Part shown: one piece after another, positions 36,618 through 49,047 of the stretch
Position numbering within the stretch: the first letter of the stretch is position 1
How the letters are laid out: each line of letters starts with the position of its first letter
Source: Heteronotia binoei
Taxonomy: Eukaryota
Length of the DNA stretch: 64,000 nt
Reading direction: 5' to 3'
Assembly (NCBI RefSeq): GCF_032191835.1
Contig: NC_083227.1
Span: 17,608,001-17,672,000, forward strand
Notes under the pieces: model-generated
What the model saw: only the letters and a program-made list of their open reading frames with translations
Told to the model about the DNA's origin: nothing
Database searches by the model: none
Translations under genes and position numbers: made by a program

Positions 36618-36743
36618 CAGTAGATGCAGAGGAGACAGCTGGGGAATTCCAGAGATTCTCTTTGGATAATTCCAAGAATAAAAATGCCAAAGGAAAGTTG
36701 GGAGATGGAGATGGAGCACAGAGGCAGGAGCAAAACCATGCAA
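36618..36743 (+). CDS. Paralog B 126-nt acidic linker exon
   Basis: TTTCAG| acceptor, CAA|GTAAGA donor, then a 166-nt intron to the finger exon. Confidence 0.65.
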
Positions 36744-36909
36744 GTAAGAGAGGGATAATCCCATTCTTTCCCAAGGAGGGGGCTTCCATGAAATCCCAGA
36801 TCAAGAAGAGAGGTCATGGAACAAAAAGAGAGAGGGAGGGAGGGAGGCCTGCATGGAAACCAGAAAATCTTCAAGGAAAAAGGGAAATGATCTCTCTTTA
36901 TTCAAGCAG

Positions 36910-38888
36910 GGGATGATGGACAGAATGAGGAGGATGAAAAACTGCATCATGTATCGCCAGATGTAATCCAGAATGAAGATGTGAGGGGAAACTTTAGGAA
37001 TCAAGGAAGACCAAAGAGGCAGAAAGGCTGCAATGTGGTCAACAAGATGAGTAAACCCATTCTTCGCCAAGGGGGGGATTTCCAAGAGGTTATTCACGTG
37101 TTGGAAGAAACAGTCAACAGCTTGGGGTGTGGAAGGAATGTTTCAGGTCAAACACATTATAATGTCAATTTAGTAGTGCACAGTGGAAAGAGCACCCATC
37201 AATCCCTGGAGAGTGGAAAGACCATGATTCACAGAGCAGACCTTTGTGAACATCAAACATCACATACAGGAGAGAAACTTTATAGGTACTCAGACTGTGC
37301 CAAGAGCTTTTCACAGAAATCAAATCTCGTTAAGCACCAAACCATTCATTCAAGAGAGAAGCAACTGATGTGTTTAGAAACTGGAATTGCATTCTCTGAT
37401 GGAAGAAAGCATAATGTACACTTCCCAAAACCCAGTATAATGAAGGGGCATAAATGTTTTCAATGTGGAAAGTACTTCAGAAACAGATCACATCTCATTG
37501 TTCACCAAAAGATCCACAGAGGAGAGAAACCATTTGGATGCTCAGAGTGTGGAAAGAGATTCAGTAGGAGTGGTGATTTTCAACAGCATCAACGAATCCA
37601 CACAGGGGAGAAGCCTTTCCAATGCTCAGAGTGTGGGAAGAGATTCAGTCGTAGTGACAGTTTTCAACGGCATCAACAAACCCACACAGGGGAGAAGCCA
37701 TTTGAATGTTCTGAGTGTGGGAAAAGATTCCGTCGGAGTTATAGTCTTCAAGAGCATCAACGAACCCACACAGAGGAGAAGCCCTTTGAATGCTCAGAGT
37801 GTGGGAAGGCATTTAGTTCTAGCGGCAGTCTTCAAAAGCATCAACGGACCCACACAGGGGAGAAGATGTTTGAATGCTCAGAGTGCGGGAAGAGATTCAG
37901 TTGGAGTGGCCCTCTTCAACAGCATCAGAAAACCCACACAGGAGAGAAGCCCTTTGAATGCTCAGAATGTAAGAAGAGATTCATGCACAGTGGCACTCTT
38001 CAAAGACATCTAAAAACCCACACAGGGGAGAAACCTTTCAAATGCTCAGAGTGTGGAAAGAGTTTCCATGAGAGCTGCCACTTTAAAGAGCATCAAAGAA
38101 CCCATACTGGGGAGAAGCCCTTTGAATGCTCACTGTGTGGGAAGACATTCACTCAAAGAAGTCATTTATATCATCATCTAAGAACCCATACAGGGGAAAA
38201 GCCTTTTGAATGCTCAGAGTGTGGGAGGATATTCAGTCGACGTGACAGTCTTCAACAGCATCAACTGACCCACACGGGGGAGAAGCCCTTTGAATGCTCA
38301 GAGTGTGGGAAGAGATTCTCGCAAAGTGACACTCTTCAGAAGCATCAACGAACCCACACAGGGGAGAAGCCCTTTGAATGCTCAGAGTGTGGAAAGAGAT
38401 TCATGCACAGTAGCACTCTTCAGAAGCATCAACGAATCCACACAGGGGAGAAGCCTTTTGAATGCTTAGAGTGTGGGAAGAGATTCATGCACAGTGGCCT
38501 TCTTCAACAGCATCAACGAACCCACACAGGGGAGAAGCCCTTTGAATGCTCAGAGTGTGGGAAGAGATTCAATCGGAGTAGTTCTCTTCGACAGCATCAA
38601 GAAACCCACACAGGGAAGAGGCCATTTGAATGCTCAGAGTGTGGGAAGAGATTCAGTCGGAAAGGCACCCTTCAACAGCATCAACAAATCCACTCAGGGG
38701 AGAAACCATTTCAATGCTCAGAGTGTGGGAAGACATTCACTCGGTGTGCCAGTCTTCAAGGGCATCAAAGAACCCACACAGGGGAGAAACCCTTTGAATG
38801 TTCCGAGTGTGGGAAGAGATTTATTTCCAGTGGCACTCTTCAAAGGCATCAACGAACCCACACAGGGAAGAAACCTTTGAATGTTTAG
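36910..38888 (+). CDS. Paralog B terminal exon: 17 intact C2H2 fingers
   Basis: AAGCAG| acceptor in phase 1. Spliced protein about 894 aa, or 936 aa with the 126-nt exon. Confidence 0.95.
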
Positions 38889-40064
38889 AGTATGGGAAGA
38901 CATTTGACTGGAATGGCACTCTTCAAGACCATCATCGAACCTACACAAGGGAGAAGCCCTTTGAACATGCAGAGTGATTCAGCCAGAGTGGTGCACTTCA
39001 ACCTCATCAACAACCCATATAGGAGAAAGCTTTTGAATGCTCAAAATGTGGAAAGCGATTTAGTCAGAGTGGCACTCTTCAACAGCATCTGTGAACCCAT
39101 GCAGGGGAGAAGCCCTTTTGAATGCTGAGAGTGTGGGAGGAGATTCAGTCACAGTGGCACTCTTTAACATCTAAGATGCCATACAGAGGAGGAGCCTGTT
39201 GAATGTTCAGCGTATGGCAAAAGGTTCGGTTATGGTAGCTCTCTTCATCTGCCACACAGGTGAGTGTGCAAACAGATTCAGTCAGAGTGGCACTCTTCAA
39301 CAACAAAGTGGGGGGAGCTCAAGATGGGAACGGAGTAGTAACTAATGGGAGAGGCTCCTCCCTCCCTTCTCTATTTTTCTGGCTGCTTTGAGGTACGTTA
39401 TCTGCTCAATTCACAGAACTGATTTTTGGATAAGGCTGTCAAACAAGTGGAGTTACTTAATTACCTTGAGGAGTTTATCTTCACATCCAATTTACAGGAA
39501 TACATCTAAAACATGCCACAGACTCTGAAAGAGTTGGAGGACATCTTGAAACAACGTAAGACATTTAAAGTTCCTGTTTATTGAAGTAGTTTTGTATATC
39601 TTCATGATTGTGTGGGACTAATAGCTGCTTATGTTTTCATTAAGTTTCTTCTCAAGACCATTTATATTGTTAGTTAAGCTGTGTTTAACTGCAGGAGGGG
39701 GCAAATTAGATACAAAGATATGAGAGTATGTAAATGCTCTCTTGAGTCTGGGGATTTAACTTCTCCTCCAGAATCTAAGCAAAGGAAAATTGTGATTATT
39801 TTGCCCCTACTAACAGTCCCCTATACAATGTCTTTACTTCAAATTGGTTTGCAGCCTTAACAACCATAACAGAGGATTCTCAGCATAAAGTTCTGCATGA
39901 GGATCAAAATGAGATTTAGGCCCTTTGCCACAAGAAGATGGGAGAAATGATAGTAGTTCTAGTAAGATATTGAAAGAACTCTCTTCATTGACGGCTAGTA
40001 CAGTGGACAGGATTTTTGAACAACTAAAATCAATCAGGGGGTGTAGTCTAATATATATATTCGT

Positions 40065-40600
40065 GGTGGCAAAATGGAGCACCCAGATTGGTTGGAACTG
40101 CACTGCATCAGCCTTTGGCCCATCAAACCATCAGTCAAGGTCTCTTGCATTACATTGGCTGAGGGTGGAAGGAGGAAAGAAACAGCCACAGAAAGCCTTC
40201 CCCAAAATTGGCTGAAGGCTCCTGGATCTTCCTGGTGAATGTATAAAGGAAGGGAAGTGAGCAGAGCCCCTAGGTTTGTTTGCAGCTGCTCTGCTTTGAT
40301 TTTCCTTTTAGTCTTAAGAAGTTGGTTGAAATATAGGAAATGTGAGAGAGAGTGTGTGTGTTCACTTTAATTTAGTGGAAATGCTATCAGCTGCTGGGGA
40401 ACAAGGAAATGACGTTTTCAGGAGAACGACAATGTTGTATTTTTATTGATGGGGGATCGGAAAGGCTCCAGGCTCCACCCCCAGAGTCCCCAAGTATTTT
40501 CTGAGTTGGATGTGGCAGCCCTACAGCTGAGCTTGGTTCTGTCAGTAAAAGGCAGGGGGAGGCCCTTTCCAGGCCTATTTTGATGCCACCGGACTGGTAT
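40065..40600 (-). repeat. Inverted copy of the pre-promoter module
   Basis: Reverse complement of about 17610-18225, 26683-27290 and 7980-8395. Confidence 0.82.
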
Positions 40601-41146
40601 GGGAGAGTAGGGAGAGCCGGTAACTGCCCAAACTATTGGGTACCTTTTATTGACAGAATCAGCTTTGCTGGCTAGCAACAGCCACTTGTGTGGGAGAGAG
40701 GAGTGAACTCAACCCATGGCACGCAAGTACTCTTATTGATAGTTTCATACACCAATGGCTGATGTGTCACAGTCCCACCTTGTTTCAACCAATCAGGTCG
40801 CTTTTTTGCCAAAATGAAAGGACTTATTATTTTAAAAATAGTAGAATATTTTTAAAAATAAAAAAAATCTTGGAATCTTCACTGTGCTTTAGTTTGTCCT
40901 GCTCTCCACACCATGGTCCTATGTTGCTAATAATAAGACCTCCAGGTGGTGGCTGGAAATCTCGTGGGATTACAGCTGATCATCAGGCAACAGACATCAG
41001 TTCCCTGAGCGAAAATGGCTGCTTTGGAAGGTGAACTCTATGGCATTATACCTCACTGAAGTCCCTCCCTTTCTCAAGCTCTGCCTTCTCAGACTCCACC
41101 TAGAATCTCCTGATAGTTCTTGACCGGGAGCTGACAACCCTACCAC

Positions 41147-41632
41147 TAGGGTTGCCAAGTCCAATTCAAGAAATATATGGGGACTTTGGGAGTGGGACCA
41201 GGAGACATTGGGAGTGGAGCCATGAGCAAGGTTGGAACAAGTACAATTGAACTCCAAGGGAAGTTCTGCGCATCACATTGAAAGGGACTGCACACCTTTT
41301 CAATGCCTTCCCTCCATTAGAAATAATGAAGGATGGGGCACCTTCCTTGGGGGCTCATAGAATTGGTCCCTCTGGTCCAATCCTTTTGAAACTTGGAGGG
41401 TGTTTTGAGGAAACGCATCAGACGCTATGCTGCAAATTTGGTGGCTCTGCCTCAAAGAACACCCCCCCCCAGATACCCGCAGATCAATTCCCCATTATTC
41501 CTTATGGGAATCGTTCTCCATAGGGAATAATAGGGTGCCCAGTAAACATTCCCCCCCCCCCGCTTTCTAAAGCGGGGGGAGGGCCTCCAACTCGGGGCAT
41601 TCCCTGCCACCATCTGGGGTTTGGCAACCCTC
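41147..41632 (+). mobile_element. Non-autonomous hAT-type element (TAGGGTTGCCA...TGGCAACCCT)
   Basis: TIRs; same family as 4374 and 56693. Confidence 0.8.
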
Positions 41633-42079
41633 CCTTTCTCTCTCACACACACATAAACGCACATTTACTGGGTTTGGTTCCTCCACAACAACACCCCCGG
41701 GAAAAACCACACAATTTGAGTGGTCGTCAGAGAGCACCCTAATGACAAACCCGACCTTGTCGTGCCACTTCCGGTCTCTCCTCCCCCTCCCCCTCTCTCT
41801 CTCACACACACAAACACACATTTACTGGCTCTGGTTCCTCCACAACAACATGAAAAGAACAGGGGCTATGCTTTCTTTTATACACACACTTACTTGCTCT
41901 GTAAATGAAAGCAAAACAAACGGAGGGTCTGTGTTCTGATGAAGCAGCTGCTGACCCTTCCCCATGAAGTGCTTCCTGTTTCCTGCTCAACTTTAAAGGC
42001 ACACATTTTAAAAACGGACCTGTTTGCAGGTTTCCAAACCTGCCAGAGCTCTAGAGGTAATTGATGGCTGTGGGGGTGG

Positions 42080-42759
42080 GTGTAGAGGTTAAGTGCGTGG
42101 TCTCTTATCTGGGAGAACCGGGTTTGATTCCCCACTCCTCCACTTGCTCCTGCTGGAATGGCCTTGGGTCAGCCATAGCTCTGGCAGAGGTTATTCTTGA
42201 AAAAGCAGCTGCTGTGAGAGCTCTCTCAGCCCCACCCACCTCACAGGGTGTCTGTTGTGGGGAGAGAAGATATAGGAGATTGTAAGCCGCTCTGAGTCTC
42301 TGATTCAGAGAGAAGGGCGGGGTATAAATCTGCAATTCTTCTTCTCCATGCATGGAATGCAGAAAGCAAAGAAAGAAGTACTTTTCTCCCTTTCTCACAG
42401 TACAAGAACTCATGGGCATTCGATAAAATTGCTGAGCAGTCAGGTTAAAACAGATAAAAGGAAGTACTTCTTCACCCAAAGGGTGATTAACATGTGGAAT
42501 TCACTGCCACAGGAGATGGTGGCGGCTACAAGCATAGACAACTTCAAGAGGGGGTTAGATAAAAATATGGAGCAGAGGTCCATCACTGGCTATTAGCCAC
42601 AGTGTGTATATATATGTGTGTATATGTATATGTGTGTATATGTATATGTGTGTGTGTATATATATATATATATATAAAAAAAATTGGCCACTGTGTGACA
42701 GAGTGTTGGACTGGATGGGCCATTGGCCTGATCCAACATGGCTTCTCTTATGTTCTTAT
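42080..42759 (+). mobile_element. Squam3-like SINE (to 42345) abutting a CR1 3' fragment that contains a (TA/TG)n microsatellite
   Basis: KTDKRKYFFTQRVINMWNSLPQEMV; microsatellite at 42602-42675; TTCTTATG tail. Confidence 0.82.
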
Positions 42760-43771
42760 TCCCCCCGCTGGCCAGCTGGGTGAGGGCGGGGGGGAGCCTG
42801 TAAAACCGGGGGATCCCCACTGGGACCTGGGGATTGGGAAGCCTACCTAACACTTTGAGATCAGGAAGCAATTTTCTCCAGGCCGCTTTGACCAGAGATC
42901 CTGAAGGTTTTTTACAATCTTCTGGGCATAGAGCAGGGATCACTGGTGTGTATGGGGAGGAGGGGAGATGTGAATTTCCTGCACTGTACGGGGAGTTGGA
43001 CTAGATTACCTTGAAGGTGCCTAGCAAGTCTTTGATTCTATGAGTCTGTGATACTGTGTACTGGAGATCAAACTTGTGACTTGCTGCATCCAAAGCAGAT
43101 AATTCGGTCAGTAAGTTATGCTTTAAAAAAATGACAAAAATCACAAAATCTACAGTATTCCGATCAGATATCTATTTTAGGAGCTGCATACATTCATCAG
43201 TTGGGCCCATAAGAAATTTCTAATGTACCAACAAATATAGATTTATTGTTGATCTATAACCCTTTTTTCCAAGTCCGATGAGGTCACAAAGCAAAAACAT
43301 TAGAAACTGAAAGATAAAAGATGTCCAAGGAAAAATACAGACTGACTCAGTAGTGTTATCTGATTCTGTGATCTACAGAGACAATAATACTGACGAAAGT
43401 ACAATTCTGTTACTCTTTGGGAGTTAGAAGCCAATTTTAAAAGAAAATATCTCAATTGTATTCAAGATAGAGTGCTTTCACGCATGCAAAATTGCACATT
43501 TTCAATGCACTTTGCAACTGGATTTTACTGTGTGAAACTTGCAAAAGGTTGCTGAAGTGGATTGAAATGGCATGATTTAGCATGTGTGAAAGAGCTACTT
43601 TCCTTCCAATGGGCTTAGGGCCAAACTAGTTGTTATGGCATCCATGAATCCTGATGCCATTTTCCTTCCTATAATTATTTTTACAAAACATGGCCTTTTT
43701 ACCTCAGCAAGTTAATGAGAGAGCTCCCTGTTGAACTCCAGATGATCCTATGCAAGTCCCTTCTATTTCTC

Positions 43772-43956
43772 CAGAGCTTTTTTTGAGCAGGAACGCAGTT
43801 CCGACTGGCTTGGTGTCCGGGGGTTTGGCCCAATATGCAAATAAGTTCCTGCTGGGCTTTTTCTACAAGCCCCCTGTAAAACAATGGCAACATCAGGGGG
43901 TGTGGCCTAATATGCAAATGAGTTCCTGCTGGGTTTTTTCTACCCAAAAAGCCCCG
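43772..43956. mobile_element. hAT-type MITE
   Basis: 8-bp TSD TATTTCTC / TGTTTCTC. Confidence 0.82.
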
Positions 43957-45131
43957 TGTTTCTCTAATTGTGTATAACAGGTGTTTAACTTATAGCCTTT
44001 GTGAGGACTAACCTCTAATACTGTGCCAAGCAACTTCAAAACACAGCTGCTTGTCCATGAAGGCAACTGTTATGTATTTGCTGTGTTCTCTCTGTTAGTA
44101 GGCCTGAGCTTGAGGCAGGCACTCCTTGCAAACCAGGATCCTGAACCCTGCAAGAATTGGCCATTCAGGATGCTAGACATGTAACAACTTGTAACAATGA
44201 AATGCAAATGAAGGATTCTGGAGTGAGCCAGCAGGAGTAACTGTTGTCTGCTGGGGTGGGGGTGGGGGAGTTAACCATGGCCAGACTGTATATACTTGCT
44301 GTTTTGCCAGTGTTTCTCAATGACTGTTTTTTCTTGCAATAAAGTGTGAATTTATCAGTCTGCATCTAGGGCTTTATTCAGAATTACATATACACGGCAT
44401 AATCCAGTTTAAGAAAGGCAGACTATAAATGAAGGAAGAATAAAGTAATGATATTATGTGCCAATAAAGGCTGACTGGACTTGACTTGATATTATGTGGG
44501 GACTGCATCTCCCAGTATGCTGTGTGAAAACTCAATAACATGAACTAACTTAGTAATATGAACTTAGTAACATGAACTGAAATGAGCACCAAATGTTAAT
44601 ACTTCTTAAAATTATATCATTTATAAATGACTGATTGGTTTGCTTACTATTGATATAATTGGTTGTTGAGCAATGTGCAGAGATGACTGGTCCCTGTTGA
44701 GGGGGCAGCGAAACAAGGTTTCTCATTGGGCTGTATGAAAACACACATCCATAAAATGCAGCTGTTTGTACTGTACTGTGTCAATATGCGGAAAGTAACT
44801 TATTGGGCAGGTGATGCCACTTTCGGTGATGCCAGGGGTATGACCTAATATGCAAATAAACTCCTGTTGGGCTTTTTCAAAAAAAGAAAGCCTTGGGCAC
44901 ATCAAATAACAAGGAGGCCCCACCCTTGCAGGCTTTCAACGACTTTCTAGAAAGTAGTCCTGAGGGAAGAAGATTCTAGAAGGAAGCTACTTGGGCCCAG
45001 AAGTTTGGACTTTATGACTTCCTCAATAGAGCACACAAATGTTTGAAAGAGAGTGAGTCAGAAATCAGAACTAGTACAGCTGTCAGAACTTGTGACATTT
45101 GAGGTGTTAATTCCAGGCTTCCTCTTCAAAC

Positions 45132-45465
45132 TAAGGTTGCCATTTGTTCAGAATATTCCAGTACAGTGCGGTATTTTCACGGATATTTAAATGCCTGATA
45201 TTTTTCCAGTTTTCTCCAAGCAGTCAGCGAAAGCACTGGACTGTCCAACAGGTAACCATACCAATCTCAAAGAGCAGAAAGCTTGCTCTTTGGGCTTCAA
45301 TGTGGTGGCGTTGAGCCCAAGTGTGAGGTTGGCAGCAGCGATTGCCAAATCATGCTTGTGCTGGGCACTCCCCCCAGTGCAAACCGTGTGCTTCAAGCTG
45401 CTTGTGCTGACAGGGTGCACCTCAATGTGTCCAGTTTGTTTGTTTTTAAATATCTGGCAACCTTA
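45132..45465. mobile_element. Non-autonomous hAT element
   Basis: Perfect 11-bp TIR TAAGGTTGCCA and perfect 8-bp TSD CTTCAAAC. Confidence 0.9.
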
Positions 45466-46474
45466 CTTCAAACTATCTGGGGGAGGAGATGGATATTTCC
45501 CCCCCCTCAAGATTTCCAAACAACTGGTGGTCATGTTTGGGTGCGAGTGCGTCTCAGTACATGCCTCACAACACCATGGTTAGGGCTGCCAGTTCTAGTT
45601 TGGGAAATACCTGGAAATTCTGGGGGTGGAGTTTGGGAGGATGAGGTTTGGGGAAGGGAGGAGCTTCATAATGCCATGGAGTCCAACCTCCAAAGCTGCC
45701 ATTTTCTCCATGGGAACTGACCTCTGTAGTCTGGAGATCAATTGTAATAGCTGGAGATTTTAATCAAAAAATTGAACCAACTGTCACTTTCCTAGCCTGA
45801 CAGCATGAATCTTATCAAAAGTTTACTTTGCCCAAATATTTATTTTTATTTAGGACTCTTCCTCTTGAAATCTCAATAAACGGCAAAAAGACTTAAATGC
45901 CTTCTTATGGGCATTTTAGAAACAATTAATAAATTCACTTTATATAGACCTACAAAATTTGGCAGATTGGATATGCCAGAACTCCGGAAATACTATGAGG
46001 CCTCCAACTTAATATCGATGTTACGTGCTTTTATTTTTCCTCATTTACAATGGGTTCAACTCATGCAGTCATACTTAGTCTCATATTCTCTGTTGAACTT
46101 TGCTTGGAATCCATCATTGGTCCCAATCCAAACATGGCAGCAAAACACATAGTTTGCTACACTATTTAAAATCTGGCTTAAATACAAAAAAAAATTAGCC
46201 CCTGAGACCTCCTTACCTTCTTCGTTCATTGACCAAGAATGGTTCCCCCCAAGGAAAGACAGTAATCCAACTTTTACTTCCTGGCACAAAGCAGGAATTA
46301 AATGCTTGGCAGACTTTTTACAGAAAGGCAAATTTGCTGACAAAAAATGATTAGAACAAAAACTTCAGAAAAAAATAATGTGTTTTCATGTTTACAGGTT
46401 AAACATTTATTTGAATCTCCATTGTTAAAAGAAACCCTCCAGAGGCCACAAACTGACTTTGGATTATTATTAAC

Positions 46475-46644
46475 CAGGTCTTTTTTGTCCTTTGCATATT
46501 AGGCCATACCCCACTGATGTAGCCAATCTTCCAAGAGTTTACAGGGCTCTTCTTACAGGACCTACTGTAAGCTCCAGGAGGATTGGCTACATCGGGGGGT
46601 GCGGCCTAATATGCAATGGAGTTCCTGCTACAAAAAAAGCCCTG
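46475..46644. mobile_element. hAT-type MITE in L1
   Basis: Perfect 8-bp TSD TTATTAAC. Confidence 0.88.
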
Positions 46645-47391
46645 TTATTAACTAAACTAAATGACAACACTATAGATATCCTTTCAAAATTATACAAAAT
46701 CTTAAAATCCTTAGATCTTAAAAAGCCTTTAAATTATCAACTAAAATGGAATTCTGATTGTAATCATCGCTTAACAGAACAAGACTGGGCTAACATCTGG
46801 TCTGCTCCAAGTTATATGTCTAGTACATATAACATAAAATAACAAATCATTACGTTAATAATGTGGTGGTATATACCACTGTCAAATTTGCATCATATTA
46901 GACATGAAATTGACCCCTACTGTAAAAAAACAATGCGATTTAATAGGAGACTACATGCATTGCTGGTGGTTGTGCCATTTTATAAAACAATTTTTGTTCC
47001 AAATATCTCAAGAAATCAAACAAATTGTTGATTGTCAGAATATACAGTCATCAGACCACAGCTAGAGCTGCAATGATCTACATGACAGTAGATGATCTAA
47101 CTGACAGTTGACAGCTGGCAGTCCTCCAGATTCCATCAGCTAGGATGATGTAAGGGGGAAGAGTATAATGACTCAGCACTAAGCTGATTGGATAATGAAC
47201 TGTGCTGAACTGTATAAATGTAATGTAGCCCAGTGCTACATGTGGTGGATGGATGGTGGTTGTATATGCGGAGCACTTTGTTAGTCTGTGTAAATATCTG
47301 TAAATAAATAGTGTATATAGTTTGCCTAACAGCAACTATGTGCAGACTTTATTCCGTCGAGTCTCAAGAGACCACTCACTAAAAGCCAACA

Positions 47392-47410
47392 GGGTTATGG
47401 GCCCAGCACG
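47392..47410 (+). promoter_or_regulatory. Primer-binding site complementary to the 5' half of tRNAiMet
   Basis: GGGTTATGGGCCCAGCACG is the reverse complement of tRNAiMet CGUGCUGGGCCCAUAACCC. Confidence 0.88.
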
Positions 47411-47478
47411 ATACCGCTGCACCTACGTACCCTGAGTAGTGGTGGTTCGTTGGAAGGAGACGAAGGAAAGCTCCAGGA

Positions 47479-48402
47479 GTGAAGGAAGAAGGCTGCTTGG
47501 AGGAGGAGACCAGCGAGGCTGATAACCAGGTGTGGAGCAGAATGGCTCAGGCTACAGCTACGTTGCTGGTGGAGAAGCTAACTCCCGTTAACTACAATGT
47601 GTGGGCGGTGCAGATGGAACACTATCTGAAACGAGAAGGGCTGTGGGAATTCATATCCGATCCTCCCGATGCACCCACACCTGCAGAGACCGTCCGGGAC
47701 CAGAAAGCCCTTGCCACCATAATCCTCAGTGTTGCAGATGACCAGTTGGTGCATGTGTCGGGAAAGACGCAGGCAAAGGAAGCCTGGGAAGGTCTGAAGG
47801 CCATGTACGTGCAACAGACTGCTGGCTCACTAATTGCCCTGACAAGGAAGCTATATCATAAAAGAATGCTGCCAGAGGAGTTGGTGAGAGACTACCTCAA
47901 TGCCTTGTTGGTGTGTTTCCAGGAGCTGGAGCAGAGAGGAAAGGTGATTCCTGATGAGGATAAAGTCTACATAATCTTAAACTCTCTCCATGAGCGGTTT
48001 GCAATGCTGCTCATGGCTTTTGAAGCACAGGATACTGATAAAATCACATTGAGTTATGTGACCCGGAAGCTCTTGGCTGAGGACCAGTGGCAGAAGGAAT
48101 GTAGAGAGCAAGCTGCCCACGCTAGTCTCAGCCAGAGGCCGGGGAAAGTGAAAGAACCAGACGAGAGAGGAGTTACGTCCAGCTGGAAGCAGCCGGAGGA
48201 GCGAGCTCTGCGAGTAAAAAAAAATTTTTCCTGCAGGTCCGAGAAACATCTGAGAAGAAACTGCCCTGAGGTGCAAAGAGGCAAGAAGTCTCAGAGACAG
48301 CAGGCTACGCTGGTGAGGACAGACTTGCACTTGCAGCATGCTCTGTGGATTGTGGACTCGGAAGCTACACAGATGTTTTGCTGTGCGAAGAAACTACTCT
48401 AA
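47479..48402 (+). CDS. Copia gag with decayed zinc knuckle and protease motif
   Basis: NYNVWAVQMEHYLKREGLW, DQKALATIILSV, AKEAWEGLKAMY; WIVDSEAT (DSGA expected); ends at a premature stop. Confidence 0.85.
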   Translation: MKEEGCLEEETSEADNQVWSRMAQATATLLVEKLTPVNYNVWAVQMEHYLKREGLWEFISDPPDAPTPAETVRDQKALATIILSVADDQLVHVSGKTQAKEAWEGLKAMYVQQTAGSLIALTRKLYHKRMLPEELVRDYLNALLVCFQELEQRGKVIPDEDKVYIILNSLHERFAMLLMAFEAQDTDKITLSYVTRKLLAEDQWQKECREQAAHASLSQRPGKVKEPDERGVTSSWKQPEERALRVKKNFSCRSEKHLRRNCPEVQRGKKSQRQQATLVRTDLHLQHALWIVDSEATQMFCCAKKLL

Positions 48403-48408
48403 GACATT

Positions 48409-49047
48409 GTGCCAGCAAGTCTAAAATCTGTCAGTCTTGCAGATGGCAGGACAGCTGAGGTACTGTGCATGGGGAGTGTATATTTCCCAGAGCTAGAACA
48501 CAAGTTTGAAGATGTGCTGTGTGTTCCAAGCTTAGAGACTAGCCTGCTGAGTGTGTCAGCCTTGGCCAAAGTAGGTTTTTCTGTGTCTTTTGATGATAAG
48601 CAATGTAAAATCTTTAAAAGACGTAAATTGTTAGCCAAAGGTAATTTAAAGGAGAATGTCCATGTGCTAGAACAAAATGCAGTAAAAGCAAAGTTGGTGT
48701 TGAATAAGAAGCCGCATCACAGGTGTATCCACCTGTTGCATAGGCGTCTGGGGCATGCAAGTTTCAACACAATAAATAAGACCTTGGCTATCCTAACAGG
48801 GGAGAAGGTTATGCCCTGTGATACATATTTGGATTGTAACATATGCAAACAGGCTAAGTCTAAAGCCTATCCTGTAGCAAAAAGGAGTAACAGGCTCTCT
48901 GAGAGGCCATTGCAATTAATACACGCAGATGTTATTGGCCCCTACCCCCCTAGCGTGTCTAAAAATAGGTTTGCCTTAATACTGATCGACAATAAAAGTC
49001 GTTTTGCATGGGTATATGCTATAAAAAATAAATATTTGTATATGTAG
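48409..49047 (+). CDS. Copia pol fragment (gag-pre-integrase region and start of integrase core)
   Basis: LLHRRLGHASF, CNICKQAK, LQLIHADVIGP, LIDNKSRFAWVY; truncated. Confidence 0.85.
   Translation: MPASLKSVSLADGRTAEVLCMGSVYFPELEHKFEDVLCVPSLETSLLSVSALAKVGFSVSFDDKQCKIFKRRKLLAKGNLKENVHVLEQNAVKAKLVLNKKPHHRCIHLLHRRLGHASFNTINKTLAILTGEKVMPCDTYLDCNICKQAKSKAYPVAKRSNRLSERPLQLIHADVIGPYPPSVSKNRFALILIDNKSRFAWVYAIKNKYLYM

Noticed and set aside
41888-41925. Apparent 5-nt microexon on the - strand (TTTACAG|AGCAA|GTAAGT)
   Set aside because: No partner exons or gene on the - strand; such motifs arise by chance.
47026-47032. Alternative Copia start at TGTTG (47026)
   Set aside because: A start at 47033 gives a 4/5 TSD and restores the host L1 frame; 47026 does neither.
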